This document shows positions 28,012 through 37,678 of a DNA stretch of 64,000 nt, piece after piece. The stretch covers positions 18,132 through 82,131 of the forward strand of contig CASEKF010000015.1 of the NCBI GenBank assembly GCA_949288455.1. Reading direction: 5' to 3'. Positions within the stretch are counted from its first letter, which is position 1. The number at the start of each line of letters is the position of its first letter. Origin of the DNA: an uncultured bacterium (GTDB lineage: Bacteria > Vulcanimicrobiota > CADAWZ01). The position numbers and the translations under genes were made by a program. Under the pieces are notes generated by a model, which had not been told where the DNA came from, did no database searches, and saw nothing but the letters and a program-made list of their open reading frames with translations.

Positions 28012-30820
28012 TCAAAGATTTTATTTCGCCGGACTTAACCCCTTTAAGTCTGGCGTTCTTAATTCTATCTGCGGCGTCTTCAAGACAAAGGCTGGTTCTC
28101 AGCCACTCTTCAAAATCCCGTCTTCTAAAATGGTATTCGAAAGACGCCGAGGGAGCTTTATCTATAATTTCCAAAAACTCGTCTAAAGATTGCGCGGACA
28201 TACCGGTATACTCTCCCGGGATACAGAAATAAAATCTCTTTGCGGCTAATTTTTTCTTCTGCGAAGAACAATTAAAAATATTTTCGGCATACTCGCATTT
28301 TCTCAATTTCAGAGCGGATCTTTTTGCGGCTTCTTCCGATTTATAAATCTTTATATTTTGTTTCAAATGCTCTATCACGGAATTAGCCTGTTCCTGAGAC
28401 TTAGCCTCTGACGTAAGGTGCAAAACGGGTTCGGTCTTATCGGGAACTACAAGTCCCCAAGAGCCTGCGAAAAATATTTTGATTCCGTCTATAGCGGAAT
28501 AAGGATGAGTTTCGCAATAACTATGGAAATATCTCATCAACCTGCCTTTGTCGGAAAAAGCGCATTCGACGTCAGCTTTAGCCTGATAGAAAACGGGCAG
28601 ATTATCAGCCGCTTCCCCTATAGACATTTTTGTCAACGCCATTAATTCCAAAAGTTTAGCGAACGCAAACATGGAATCAAAACCGCAGTTAAACTCCGGA
28701 AATATGAAGCCTCCTTTATGGTTGCCTGCGAAAATTATCGTCTTGTCTAAAGCGGCTTCCATTAAAGATTGTCTGCCTACTCCTGTTCTAACGACTTCTC
28801 CCTTAGCGTCCCACATCATTTTATCAATAACGGAAGGAGCCGATTCGGTTACCGCTACGGCGGGCAAAGGGTATGCTTTAGAAATAAAATACGTCATCAG
28901 CAGCAATAATCTGTTCCCGTTAACGAGTCTTCCTTGTTCGTCTATAAGGAAAAAAGATTCCGAATCAGAATCTAAATATACTCCGGCGTTAGCTCCCAAA
29001 GTTACGACTACTTTTGACAGTTGAGACAACTGGCTCCTCTTAGAATAAACTCCTTCGCGGTGAGGATCTATATAGGAATTTATAGAAATAGTTTCGCATC
29101 CGAGTTTGCCTAAAATATTAGGGAAAACGGCGGAGGAAGAACTAAAGCCATAATCGATGACCGCTTTAAAAGACGACGAAGAAATTTTTCCTATATCCAA
29201 ACATTTCAAAAAGCCGTCGGTATAATTATCTATAACTCTGGGGGGGAAGCCTATAACTCCTATTTCTCCGCTAGGGCATCTTCTAAAATCTTCCCTTGAA
29301 AAAAGATTCTCCAATTTTCTCTCTTCCGATTTAGAAATATTTATGCCTTGATTATTAAAAAACTCGATAAAAACAGACTGAGGGTCATAAGGCTTCATTC
29401 TTACATGAACGCCTCCCTCAGCCGCTCCGGCGCTAGTTACCTTTCTGGCTACGGCAGCCGGAACAACCCTAAGATCGGCGACTTGTATCCCCGTCGAAGT
29501 AAGGCCGCATATAATAGCTCTATTGATCATACGCGACGCAGGATGCTCGTCTCTCGAAGTATTTATAGTGTTTCCCTTTTCAAAAAAGGAACCGAAGGCC
29601 GCTCCAAGCTTAAGAGCAAACTCGGGAGTAATCTCAATATTAGAAAGACCGCTTATACCGTCGTTGCCGAACATACTTCCAAGCCATCTGCCTCCCCATA
29701 TCAAACTTAGGCTTACGACGGCCCCGGCTTCAATTTTTTTATCAGGCCATATTTTGATATTCGAATGTACGTTGGCGGCTTGACCTATAAAGCATCGGTC
29801 TCCTATGATAGCTCCGTCATGAGTTCTTACCTTCTCTTTTAAAACGGCTCCCTTGCCTATTATCGTGCCGTTTACGACGCAATCCCGTCCGATATATGTG
29901 TTTCCCCATATTATAGATCTCTCGATCTGAGCTCCTTTAGAAATTATACAGTTATCGCCAATAGAAGCGTAAGATCCTATATGTACTCCTTCCGAAATTT
30001 TACAATTCTTCCCTATCACTACATATTCGGATAATTTGACAGAAGGATGAACGTACGAGTTATCTCCTATCCAAATATTTTTCCTAACGAGCTTACCCGG
30101 GATATCGACGTCTATTTTACCTTGAAACAAGTCGCATGACGCTAATCTGTATTGTTCAAGACTGCCTATATCGCACCAATAACCGTCAAGCACGCACCCG
30201 TACAAAGGCTCGCCTTTTTTCATCATCATAGGAAATATATCTTTACTGAAATCATAGACTGCTCCATTTTCCATTAAGTCTAAGATTTCGGGCTCAAGGC
30301 AATAAATACCGGTATTTACGGTATCGGTAATAACTTCTCCCCAATCCGGTTTTTCGATAAATTTTCTTATAACCGAATCTGAATCGGTGATTACTATGCC
30401 GAATTCCAAGGGATTCTCCACTTTCTTTAAAATAACGCTAGCTTTAGACCTCTTAGTTTTATGAAATTGAATAAACGCTGAAAAATCAAAATCGGTAATA
30501 GCGTCTCCGCTTATAATCAAGAACGAATCGTCTAAAGACGAAGCTATTTTTTTTATACTTCCGGCAGTGCCTAAAGGCTCTTCTTCAATAGAATAATTTA
30601 TATTAACGCCAAACTCTTTTCCATTTCCAAAATAGCTTACTATTTCGTCTGCCAAATAATGAAGCGTGACTATTATTTCTTTAATATTATGCCTGACAAG
30701 GCGTCCAATCATATGTTCCATAACGGGAATATTACAAACCGGAGCCAAGGGTTTTGGAGTATTAACAGTTAGAGGTCTAAGCCTGGAGCCTTCTCCTCCT
30801 GCCATCACGACGGCTTTCAT
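27983..30820 (-). CDS. fused sugar-1-phosphate nucleotidyltransferase (with hexapeptide beta-helix) / phosphohexomutase, plus ~115-aa C-terminal extension
   Basis: N-terminus MKAVVMAGGEGSRLRPLTVNTPKPL (NTP-transferase G-loop). Hexapeptide-repeat region (IGDNCIISKGAQIERSIIWGNTYIGRDCVV). Four-domain PGM/PMM-like region follows, then an unassigned tail. Confidence 0.8.
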   Translation of the reverse strand: MKAVVMAGGEGSRLRPLTVNTPKPLAPVCNIPVMEHMIGRLVRHNIKEIIVTLHYLADEIVSYFGNGKEFGVNINYSIEEEPLGTAGSIKKIASSLDDSFLIISGDAITDFDFSAFIQFHKTKRSKASVILKKVENPLEFGIVITDSDSVIRKFIEKPDWGEVITDTVNTGIYCLEPEILDLMENGAVYDFSKDIFPMMMKKGEPLYGCVLDGYWCDIGSLEQYRLASCDLFQGKIDVDIPGKLVRKNIWIGDNSYVHPSVKLSEYVVIGKNCKISEGVHIGSYASIGDNCIISKGAQIERSIIWGNTYIGRDCVVNGTIIGKGAVLKEKVRTHDGAIIGDRCFIGQAANVHSNIKIWPDKKIEAGAVVSLSLIWGGRWLGSMFGNDGISGLSNIEITPEFALKLGAAFGSFFEKGNTINTSRDEHPASRMINRAIICGLTSTGIQVADLRVVPAAVARKVTSAGAAEGGVHVRMKPYDPQSVFIEFFNNQGINISKSEERKLENLFSREDFRRCPSGEIGVIGFPPRVIDNYTDGFLKCLDIGKISSSSFKAVIDYGFSSSSAVFPNILGKLGCETISINSYIDPHREGVYSKRSQLSQLSKVVVTLGANAGVYLDSDSESFFLIDEQGRLVNGNRLLLLMTYFISKAYPLPAVAVTESAPSVIDKMMWDAKGEVVRTGVGRQSLMEAALDKTIIFAGNHKGGFIFPEFNCGFDSMFAFAKLLELMALTKMSIGEAADNLPVFYQAKADVECAFSDKGRLMRYFHSYCETHPYSAIDGIKIFFAGSWGLVVPDKTEPVLHLTSEAKSQEQANSVIEHLKQNIKIYKSEEAAKRSALKLRKCEYAENIFNCSSQKKKLAAKRFYFCIPGEYTGMSAQSLDEFLEIIDKAPSASFEYHFRRRDFEEWLRTSLCLEDAADRIKNARLKGVKSGEIKSLITGILKDFV

Positions 30821-31041
30821 ATCTGCCTCCTAAAATTTAAAGAAATTATTACCGGATTGACAAATAAATTTTAGTAAAAATTTCTGTAAATTTCTAAACA
30901 ATCCTTTTAGTTTAAACCGACCTTCCATTCATAAAAAGTTAGAAGGAGTTTACTAAAGTTTTACAGAAAAAAGCTTCAAGAACAAAAGTTATTCGCAAAA
31001 TAACCTGCGAATGTCATTATGAAAAGCAGCGAGGAATAAGG

Positions 31042-32655
31042 ATGAAAATATCTTTGGAAAAAATGGAACTGGATACGGTTGAATTAAACTCTGTGCTGAC
31101 GTTTATCAACAAACTTTCAGAAAATTGCAATCCCATTCTATATTCTATAAGAAAAGAATATTGGAATAGACTTAATCTTCCGGAATCAGGCTTTGCGAAA
31201 TGGTGGAACAAGATATTAACGGATACTTTGGAAGAAACCGGCGTTTTCGGCGACGTAACGCTGACTAATGATAAAGACGTACTGTTTTACGATATAAATC
31301 TAATAGAAAGAAATATTAAAATAGGGTTCGTAGGCAAATCGGACGAACAAGAAACGGCGGTCAATTTACTAAACGAATTTAAACGCAAAATAATGCTGGC
31401 GGCTCAAAGTCTAAACGCGGAAAATTCAGTATGGGTTTCTAAAGAATATGATCAGCAAATTTTACAAGCTATAGAGAATCAGTCTTCCGTTTGTATTCCC
31501 TCCGAAGAAGAAACAGATCTATCCTTAGTTTTAGAAGACGCCAAAACAAGAAACTTCCTTTATAAAATAAAAGATTGTTCTTCGACTTCAATCGCTAAAA
31601 TATTTCCGCAGTCAGATATTCCGCAGATCGCTCCGATCGTCGATATCTTTGAAAAGCGAAAAGTAATAACGAAGGAATTCGTAGTTCAGTGCAGCAAAAC
31701 CGGACAGCCTATTTTAAAAGTTTCTTCAAGAAACGCTCTTGAAGAAACTCCTCAGGGAGCCAACAAATGTTTTATTTGCGGAAACTCTCTCGCTAACGAA
31801 ACGATAGACGAAATAATTTCCTGTTCCGAAATAGGCAAAAAATTTATTGAAAACGGATTCTGGCTTCAGATTAGAATCCTTCATTCCCTCAAACAAGCCG
31901 GCGTAGACTTAAATAAAGTGCGCATATGGCAAGGCGACAACAGTTTTATTTATCTATTCTCGATTATAAACGGTCAGTCGTATCTTTTTGTTCTAACGGA
32001 CAAAAAAACTACCGTCGACGACATGTATAAAATCAATTTATATATATCGTCGTATAATATAGAAAACGTCCTGTTAATATCAACGGAGCCTATTCCTCTT
32101 CTGATTAAAAAGCATATAGAAAAATCGAGCGGCAGCGAAGCCAGTTTTAATTTTATCGAAACTTTAGAAGCTATAGACAAAATGATAGACCTATTTATCA
32201 TCGACAGATCTTCCGCATACATTTCCAATCAGCTTTCTAACTTTGTCGATTTCACTCCCGTAAAACTGAACGAGTTAATAATTAAAAGCGTTGCTAATCG
32301 CGAAGAGGACGAAGATAGTAATGAAAGCATGCAGATTTTATCCGAAGAGAACGTTGAAAAAGAGCCTGAGAACAAAACTGAAGAAAATATCGCCGATAAG
32401 CCTAAACAGCTGAAGCCGGAAACCGAACATAAAAAAGAGACTTCTGAAAATACGGCTAAAAGTGAAACTAAACAAAAAAAATCTAAACTTCCCGCATCGC
32501 TTGAGATTCCAACGAAAAAAGAAAGCTTGAAAGACGATTTCATTATAGAAGAGGAATTATTGCCCGAAGATTTATCAATAGATAAACTTTCCGTAGACGA
32601 GTTATCGGAACTATCCGATCTTTCTAATTTATCTCTAGACGATCCGCTGAATTAA
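31042..32655 (+). CDS. hypothetical protein with acidic/lysine-rich tail
   Basis: 537-aa ORF with RBS gaggaataagg. I recognise no family. The C-terminal 130 aa are E/K/S-rich, ending in LS-rich acidic repeats. Confidence 0.45.
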   Translation: MKISLEKMELDTVELNSVLTFINKLSENCNPILYSIRKEYWNRLNLPESGFAKWWNKILTDTLEETGVFGDVTLTNDKDVLFYDINLIERNIKIGFVGKSDEQETAVNLLNEFKRKIMLAAQSLNAENSVWVSKEYDQQILQAIENQSSVCIPSEEETDLSLVLEDAKTRNFLYKIKDCSSTSIAKIFPQSDIPQIAPIVDIFEKRKVITKEFVVQCSKTGQPILKVSSRNALEETPQGANKCFICGNSLANETIDEIISCSEIGKKFIENGFWLQIRILHSLKQAGVDLNKVRIWQGDNSFIYLFSIINGQSYLFVLTDKKTTVDDMYKINLYISSYNIENVLLISTEPIPLLIKKHIEKSSGSEASFNFIETLEAIDKMIDLFIIDRSSAYISNQLSNFVDFTPVKLNELIIKSVANREEDEDSNESMQILSEENVEKEPENKTEENIADKPKQLKPETEHKKETSENTAKSETKQKKSKLPASLEIPTKKESLKDDFIIEEELLPEDLSIDKLSVDELSELSDLSNLSLDDPLN

Positions 32656-32660
32656 AAACT

Positions 32661-32703
32661 AAAAAAGAACCGATTTCTTTATAGAAAATCGGTTCTTTTT
32701 TTT
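32661..32703. terminator. bidirectional rho-independent terminator
   Basis: agaaccgattt / aaatcggttct stem, 9-nt loop, A6 run upstream and T7-8 run downstream. Lies between convergent genes. Confidence 0.8.
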
Positions 32704-32718
32704 GTCTAAACGTAGATT

Positions 32719-34029
32719 TTATTCATATTTCAAAGCTTTTATAGGGTCTACAGAAGCCGCTTTCCAAGCCGGATAAATTCCAAAAATAATACCGGTAGAC
32801 ATAGAAACGAATATCGCGCTAAAAACAGCCGAATATGATATCACGGTCTGCCAACCGGCATAATAAGATATGAACCAAGCTAGGGCTATTCCCAACAAGC
32901 AGCCCAACATACCGCCTATTAAAGTTATTATGAGACTTTCGGTTAAAAATTGCGCCAAAATATTTGATTTTTTTGCGCCCAGACAGCGTCGTATACCTAT
33001 TTCTCGCGTCCTTTGAGTGACGGATGCAAGCATAATATTCATAATGCCTATGCCTCCTACTAAAAGAGAAATAGCCGCGATAGAGCCCATAACTATATTA
33101 AAAATTCTCTGAGCGCGCCGTTTTTGCCTAAGTAATTCCGCAGGCTCGATAACGCTGAAATCTTCCTGCCCGGAATGCTTTCTAAGTAAGATTGAGCGCA
33201 CAAGATCTCCGAATCCTGAAAGTTCTTTTTCGTCTCCAACTTTTAAAAGGATCATACTTAACGGAGCGCTGTCGATTGGATATCTTGCTTTAAGAAGTCC
33301 TTTTAATACTCTTTTAGAATTTCTGTTTATCTCGTTATTAAGAGCTTTCGAAACGTTGGCTGACAAAGAGGCCAAATTAAAATTCTGAACCGCCGAAGAA
33401 ATGGGTATATAAACCGAATCGTTGTGAGGCGTCATCTTCACCAGGGTAGAAGACTTTAAGGAAGAAAGAAAACCTATGCATTTAAACTGGCGCGTTTTAA
33501 TCGTCAAAGTTTTCCCTATGGGATTTTCATAAGCGAACAATTTACGTTTAACGTTCGCTCCAAGCACGCATACTTCGCTAAAATCTTCTATATCCATAGC
33601 AGAAATAAATCTGCCCTGTTCCAAAGTCAAATTAGCTATAATCGGAAGCTGTTCGTTAGAGCCTATTATCGAAGCCTTTATCGTCCGGTCTTGAACTTTA
33701 ACGTTATCTTCAGCTTCAAAATAAGGAGAAAAATAAGATACGGACGAAAATATTTCGGATATTGAAGTCATATCTCCGTAATTTAAACCGTAAGGCGATT
33801 TTTTCAAATTTTTCTCTATATTTCCGATATCAGGCTCTATTCGCTTTATCATCACAGTATTAGAGCCAAGTCTCCGAAGCTGCTCTTCAGCGTCGTTTTT
33901 AGCTCCTTCGCCTATTGAGACCATTGAGATTACGGCGGCTACGCCGAAAACGACTCCAAGCATAGTGAGAAAAGACTGAAGTTTACGACTGCATATTTCC
34001 TGAATTCCGGTTCTAATTACTTCAAACAT
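32719..34029 (-). CDS. MacB/FtsX-family ABC permease (second of two)
   Basis: TM1, a large periplasmic domain, then three C-terminal TMs with the FtsX motif REIGIRRCLGAKKSNIL. Ends DPIKALKYE. Confidence 0.8.
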   Translation of the reverse strand: MFEVIRTGIQEICSRKLQSFLTMLGVVFGVAAVISMVSIGEGAKNDAEEQLRRLGSNTVMIKRIEPDIGNIEKNLKKSPYGLNYGDMTSISEIFSSVSYFSPYFEAEDNVKVQDRTIKASIIGSNEQLPIIANLTLEQGRFISAMDIEDFSEVCVLGANVKRKLFAYENPIGKTLTIKTRQFKCIGFLSSLKSSTLVKMTPHNDSVYIPISSAVQNFNLASLSANVSKALNNEINRNSKRVLKGLLKARYPIDSAPLSMILLKVGDEKELSGFGDLVRSILLRKHSGQEDFSVIEPAELLRQKRRAQRIFNIVMGSIAAISLLVGGIGIMNIMLASVTQRTREIGIRRCLGAKKSNILAQFLTESLIITLIGGMLGCLLGIALAWFISYYAGWQTVISYSAVFSAIFVSMSTGIIFGIYPAWKAASVDPIKALKYE

Positions 34030-34040
34030 AGCAGATTTTT

Positions 34041-35255
34041 CTATTCATGTCTAAGAGCTTCTATAGGATCTAATTTTGAAGCCTGCCATGCCGGATAAAA
34101 GCCAAAGAAAACTCCTACTCCGGCAGAGAACAAAAATGAAATTACTATAGCTTCTACGGAGATGAAAGTATTAAGATCCGCAAAACGGGCTAAAAGCAAA
34201 GATAGTACGACTCCTGACAAAATACCTATAACGCCGCCAAATAGCGAGAGAGTCATAGACTCGAATAAAAACTGTTTTAAAACGTCTCCGCCTCTAGCTC
34301 CAAGAGCCATTCGTATTCCAATTTCTCTTATCCTTTCAGTAACCGAAACAAGCATAATATTCATAATGCCTATTCCGCCTACAAGAAGCGAAATAAAAGC
34401 AATAGCGGACAAAAATAAAGTAAGCATTCCGGTAGTCTCAGCCATAGCTTCGGCTAAATCCATCTGCGAGCGAATCGTAAAATCGTCCTCTTCTCCGTCT
34501 AAAATTCTATGTCTCTGTCTCAATAGAGAAGAAATTTCGTTTATCGCCGCATTAGTCATATCTTCAGAAATCGCCGAACAGACGATAGACTGTATATATT
34601 TCATTCTTGAAATTCTGCTGAGCGCGGTAGTATAAGGAACCATAATGCAATCGTCTTGATCGCCTCCCATACCTTCGCCTTTCGTTTCCAGAACTCCCAC
34701 TATTCTAAACGGCACTTTTTGAACTCTTATAACCTGTCCTATAGGATTGTCATTGACAAACAAATTTTCCACCACGGACGATCCCACGACGCATACCTTG
34801 GAACTGCCTTTTACGTCCTGTTCGGTAAAAAATTCTCCCTGAGCGACATTCCAGTTTCTTATCAAGTTATAATTGTAAGAAACTCCATATACTGAAGTAT
34901 TCCAATTCTGATTCCCATAGACGATTTGCATCGATCTTCTGACCATTGGCGAAGCGTAAGCGACCATAGGACACTCGGTTGAAATAGCATAAGAATCGTC
35001 TACCGTAAGCGTTTGAACCATAAAGCCCGACTGATGCACTCCTCCGCTCTTTATAGTCGCTGGAGTTATCGTCAATATATTCGTTCCAAGCGATGAAATA
35101 TTAGCTTCAACAGATTTAGAAACTCCCTGTCCTATGCTAACCATAGTTATAACCGAAGCGACGCCGATAATAATGCCGAGCATAGTAAGCACGGTTCTAA
35201 GTTTATTAGCGTACAAAGCCTTTAAGGCAATTCGCATAGTTGCCCATACTGTCAT
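34041..35255 (-). CDS. MacB/FtsX-family ABC permease (first of two)
   Basis: Same architecture. REIGIRMALGARGGDVL, ends DPIEALRHE. 4-nt overlap with the upstream ATPase. Confidence 0.8.
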   Translation of the reverse strand: MTVWATMRIALKALYANKLRTVLTMLGIIIGVASVITMVSIGQGVSKSVEANISSLGTNILTITPATIKSGGVHQSGFMVQTLTVDDSYAISTECPMVAYASPMVRRSMQIVYGNQNWNTSVYGVSYNYNLIRNWNVAQGEFFTEQDVKGSSKVCVVGSSVVENLFVNDNPIGQVIRVQKVPFRIVGVLETKGEGMGGDQDDCIMVPYTTALSRISRMKYIQSIVCSAISEDMTNAAINEISSLLRQRHRILDGEEDDFTIRSQMDLAEAMAETTGMLTLFLSAIAFISLLVGGIGIMNIMLVSVTERIREIGIRMALGARGGDVLKQFLFESMTLSLFGGVIGILSGVVLSLLLARFADLNTFISVEAIVISFLFSAGVGVFFGFYPAWQASKLDPIEALRHE

Positions 35256-36022
35256 AAGTCATCCTCCGGAAGGGGCATTTGTTTCAGCATTTCCTCCGCG
35301 TTTTCAGGATTGTCATTTCTTATATCTTCTTTTACCTTGCCGTCTCTTAAGACGATAACTCTATCTGCAAAGCGGGCTATTTCATCTGAGTGAGTAACTA
35401 AAACGACCGTGATTCCGTTACGTCTATTCATTGTTTGAAATATATTCATAATTTCAACGCTGGTTCTTGAATCAAGGTTTCCGGTAGGCTCGTCGGCAAG
35501 AATCATAGCCGGATTTTTTATAAGAGCCCTAGCTATGGCGACCCTCTGCTGCTGCCCTCCTGAAAGTTGATTAGGCTGATGGTTATATCTGCCGGAAAGA
35601 CCGACCGAATCCAGAGCTTTTTTTGCCAATTCGTCGCGTTCCTTACTATGGTACGCCCTGGCTCTTGAATATAGAAGAGGAAGCTGAACGTTCTCTAATG
35701 CCGAAGTTCTCGACAAAAGATTAAAACCCTGAAAAACGAAACCTATTAAATCGTTGCGTATATCGGCAAGTTCGTCTTTAGTCATATTTGAGACGTTTTT
35801 ACCGTCGAGGAAATATTCTCCTGAAGTCGACTTATCTAAACATCCCAATATATTCATAAACGTAGACTTACCGCTTCCGGAAGGTCCCATAATAGCGACT
35901 AAATCGCCTTTTTCAATAAATAGACTCACTCCCCTTAGCGCATGAACTTTAACCTCTCCGGAATCGTATATTTTATTTAGTTTATTTACTTCAATTACTT
36001 TATATATCTCGCTGCTGCGCAT
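35252..36022 (-). CDS. ABC transporter ATP-binding protein (MacB/LolD-type)
   Basis: Walker [10 protein letters not shown], signature [15 protein letters not shown], Walker [12 protein letters not shown]. Confidence 0.9.
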   Translation of the reverse strand: MRSSEIYKVIEVNKLNKIYDSGEVKVHALRGVSLFIEKGDLVAIMGPSGSGKSTFMNILGCLDKSTSGEYFLDGKNVSNMTKDELADIRNDLIGFVFQGFNLLSRTSALENVQLPLLYSRARAYHSKERDELAKKALDSVGLSGRYNHQPNQLSGGQQQRVAIARALIKNPAMILADEPTGNLDSRTSVEIMNIFQTMNRRNGITVVLVTHSDEIARFADRVIVLRDGKVKEDIRNDNPENAEEMLKQMPLPEDDL

Positions 36023-36028
36023 ATTTTT

Positions 36029-37591
36029 TTAAACTCTCATCGGACGTCCCGGACGCTTCCCCATTCCTCCTTTTGTTTTTTTCTGCGTTGAAAGAGATTG
36101 TACTCCGGTAATTATCCTATCTCCTTCCTTTATATCGCCTTTTAACATTTCGGTAAAATTGCCGCCGCTAATTCCAACGGTAACTCTAACGGGTTTTGGA
36201 ATATCGCCCTCGGTTAAAATCCAAACTGTCTCCTTGTCGACCTTGCCTTCTTTATCTTTCTTTACGTTAGTCTTGATTTTATCGGCTTTATCGGCGGAAG
36301 GGCGATCTAGCTTCTTTTTAGGCGGACGAGGAAAATTAGGAACGGTTTCGGGGTTAAATCTTAAAGCCGCGTTAGGAATTTTAATATTTTCTTCGCTCAC
36401 TTTAGCTATGATGGTTATATTCGCGGTCATTCCCGGCAGAAGCTTAAGAGACGGATTATCGGCGGAAATAACGGCTTGATAAGTGACGACTCCCGATTCG
36501 ACGGTAGCGGCGGTTCTTACCTGTTTCACCACGCCTTTAAAAGTTTCGTTCGGGAAAGCGTCCACGGTAAAAGAAGCGGGAAGATCTTTCTTAACCTTTC
36601 CGATATCGGCTTCGTCTACGTTAGCTATAACTTCCATATTTTTTAAATCTTTCGCTATTACGAAAAGTTCCGGAGTATTAAACGAAGAGGCCACGGTCTG
36701 TCCTTCGTCGACGCTTCTGCTCGTTACTATTCCGTCTATCGGAGAATATATCATAGTATATCCCAAATTAACTTCGGCCTGCTCTAACCGGCTTTTACTC
36801 TGACGGACCTGAGCCTGAGCCGACTTGAACTGATTTAAAGAGCTCTCGGCTTGGCTTTTTGCCGTATCTTCGGCTATTTTTGCCGCGTCTACGTCATATA
36901 TGGAGCTGTCCAATTGCAATTTTGCGGCTGTCACTGAAGATTCTGAGCGTTTTAACGCGGCCGAAGCCGAATCCAAGTCGGCAAGAGAAACTTTATAATT
37001 CATCTCCGCGGAATCTCTCTCCGAAGCCGAAATAAAGTTGTCTTTATATAATTTTTCGGCTCGATCATATTCAAGTTTGCGATTTTCAAGCGTAGCTTTA
37101 GCTTTAGCTAAATCGGCCTTTGCGGAAACTAAGGCGTCCTCGGCTGAAATTACGTTAGCTCTGGCTATTTCCTGCTGGGCTAAAGCCGTTTTCGTACTTG
37201 CCTGGGCCTTTTTAACGTTCATAAGAGCCGTTTGATACTGAGCGCTCATATTTTGCTCCGAGGCTATGGAAGAATCATATGAAGCTCTGCTCTCTTCAAG
37301 TTGCGCTTCAAATAGCGAAGGATCTATTTTCGCGAGAAGCTGTCCGGTTTTTACGGGGGAATTATAATCGACGTAAAGAGTTTCTATCTTACCTGACACC
37401 TGAGCTCCGACGTTAACGGATATAACCGGCTGAAGAGTGCCGGTAGTTACTACGGTCTGGCTTATCTTACCCTTTTCCGCTTTGACGGTAGTAAAAGACG
37501 GGGGCTTCTTTTGAGAATTCACGAAAATAACGACTGCGACAGCCGCCGCGACCAAAATAATTACGGGGAGTATCCATTTATTTTTTTTCAT
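36029..37591 (-). CDS. periplasmic adaptor (HlyD/MacA-type membrane fusion protein)
   Basis: N-terminal anchor KWILPVIILVAAAVAVVIFV, a long alanine-rich alpha-hairpin region, then beta-barrel and lipoyl-like segments. I prefer ATG 37591 (GGAG upstream) over the TTG at 37639. Confidence 0.8.
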   Translation of the reverse strand: MKKNKWILPVIILVAAAVAVVIFVNSQKKPPSFTTVKAEKGKISQTVVTTGTLQPVISVNVGAQVSGKIETLYVDYNSPVKTGQLLAKIDPSLFEAQLEESRASYDSSIASEQNMSAQYQTALMNVKKAQASTKTALAQQEIARANVISAEDALVSAKADLAKAKATLENRKLEYDRAEKLYKDNFISASERDSAEMNYKVSLADLDSASAALKRSESSVTAAKLQLDSSIYDVDAAKIAEDTAKSQAESSLNQFKSAQAQVRQSKSRLEQAEVNLGYTMIYSPIDGIVTSRSVDEGQTVASSFNTPELFVIAKDLKNMEVIANVDEADIGKVKKDLPASFTVDAFPNETFKGVVKQVRTAATVESGVVTYQAVISADNPSLKLLPGMTANITIIAKVSEENIKIPNAALRFNPETVPNFPRPPKKKLDRPSADKADKIKTNVKKDKEGKVDKETVWILTEGDIPKPVRVTVGISGGNFTEMLKGDIKEGDRIITGVQSLSTQKKTKGGMGKRPGRPMRV

Positions 37592-37678
37592 TGTGAATAA
37601 CCTGACTCCATTCAGCGTATAGTAAAAACTAGTCGTCAACCTGTTTTAAGGAAGACTAATATCAGCAAACTTTTTATT

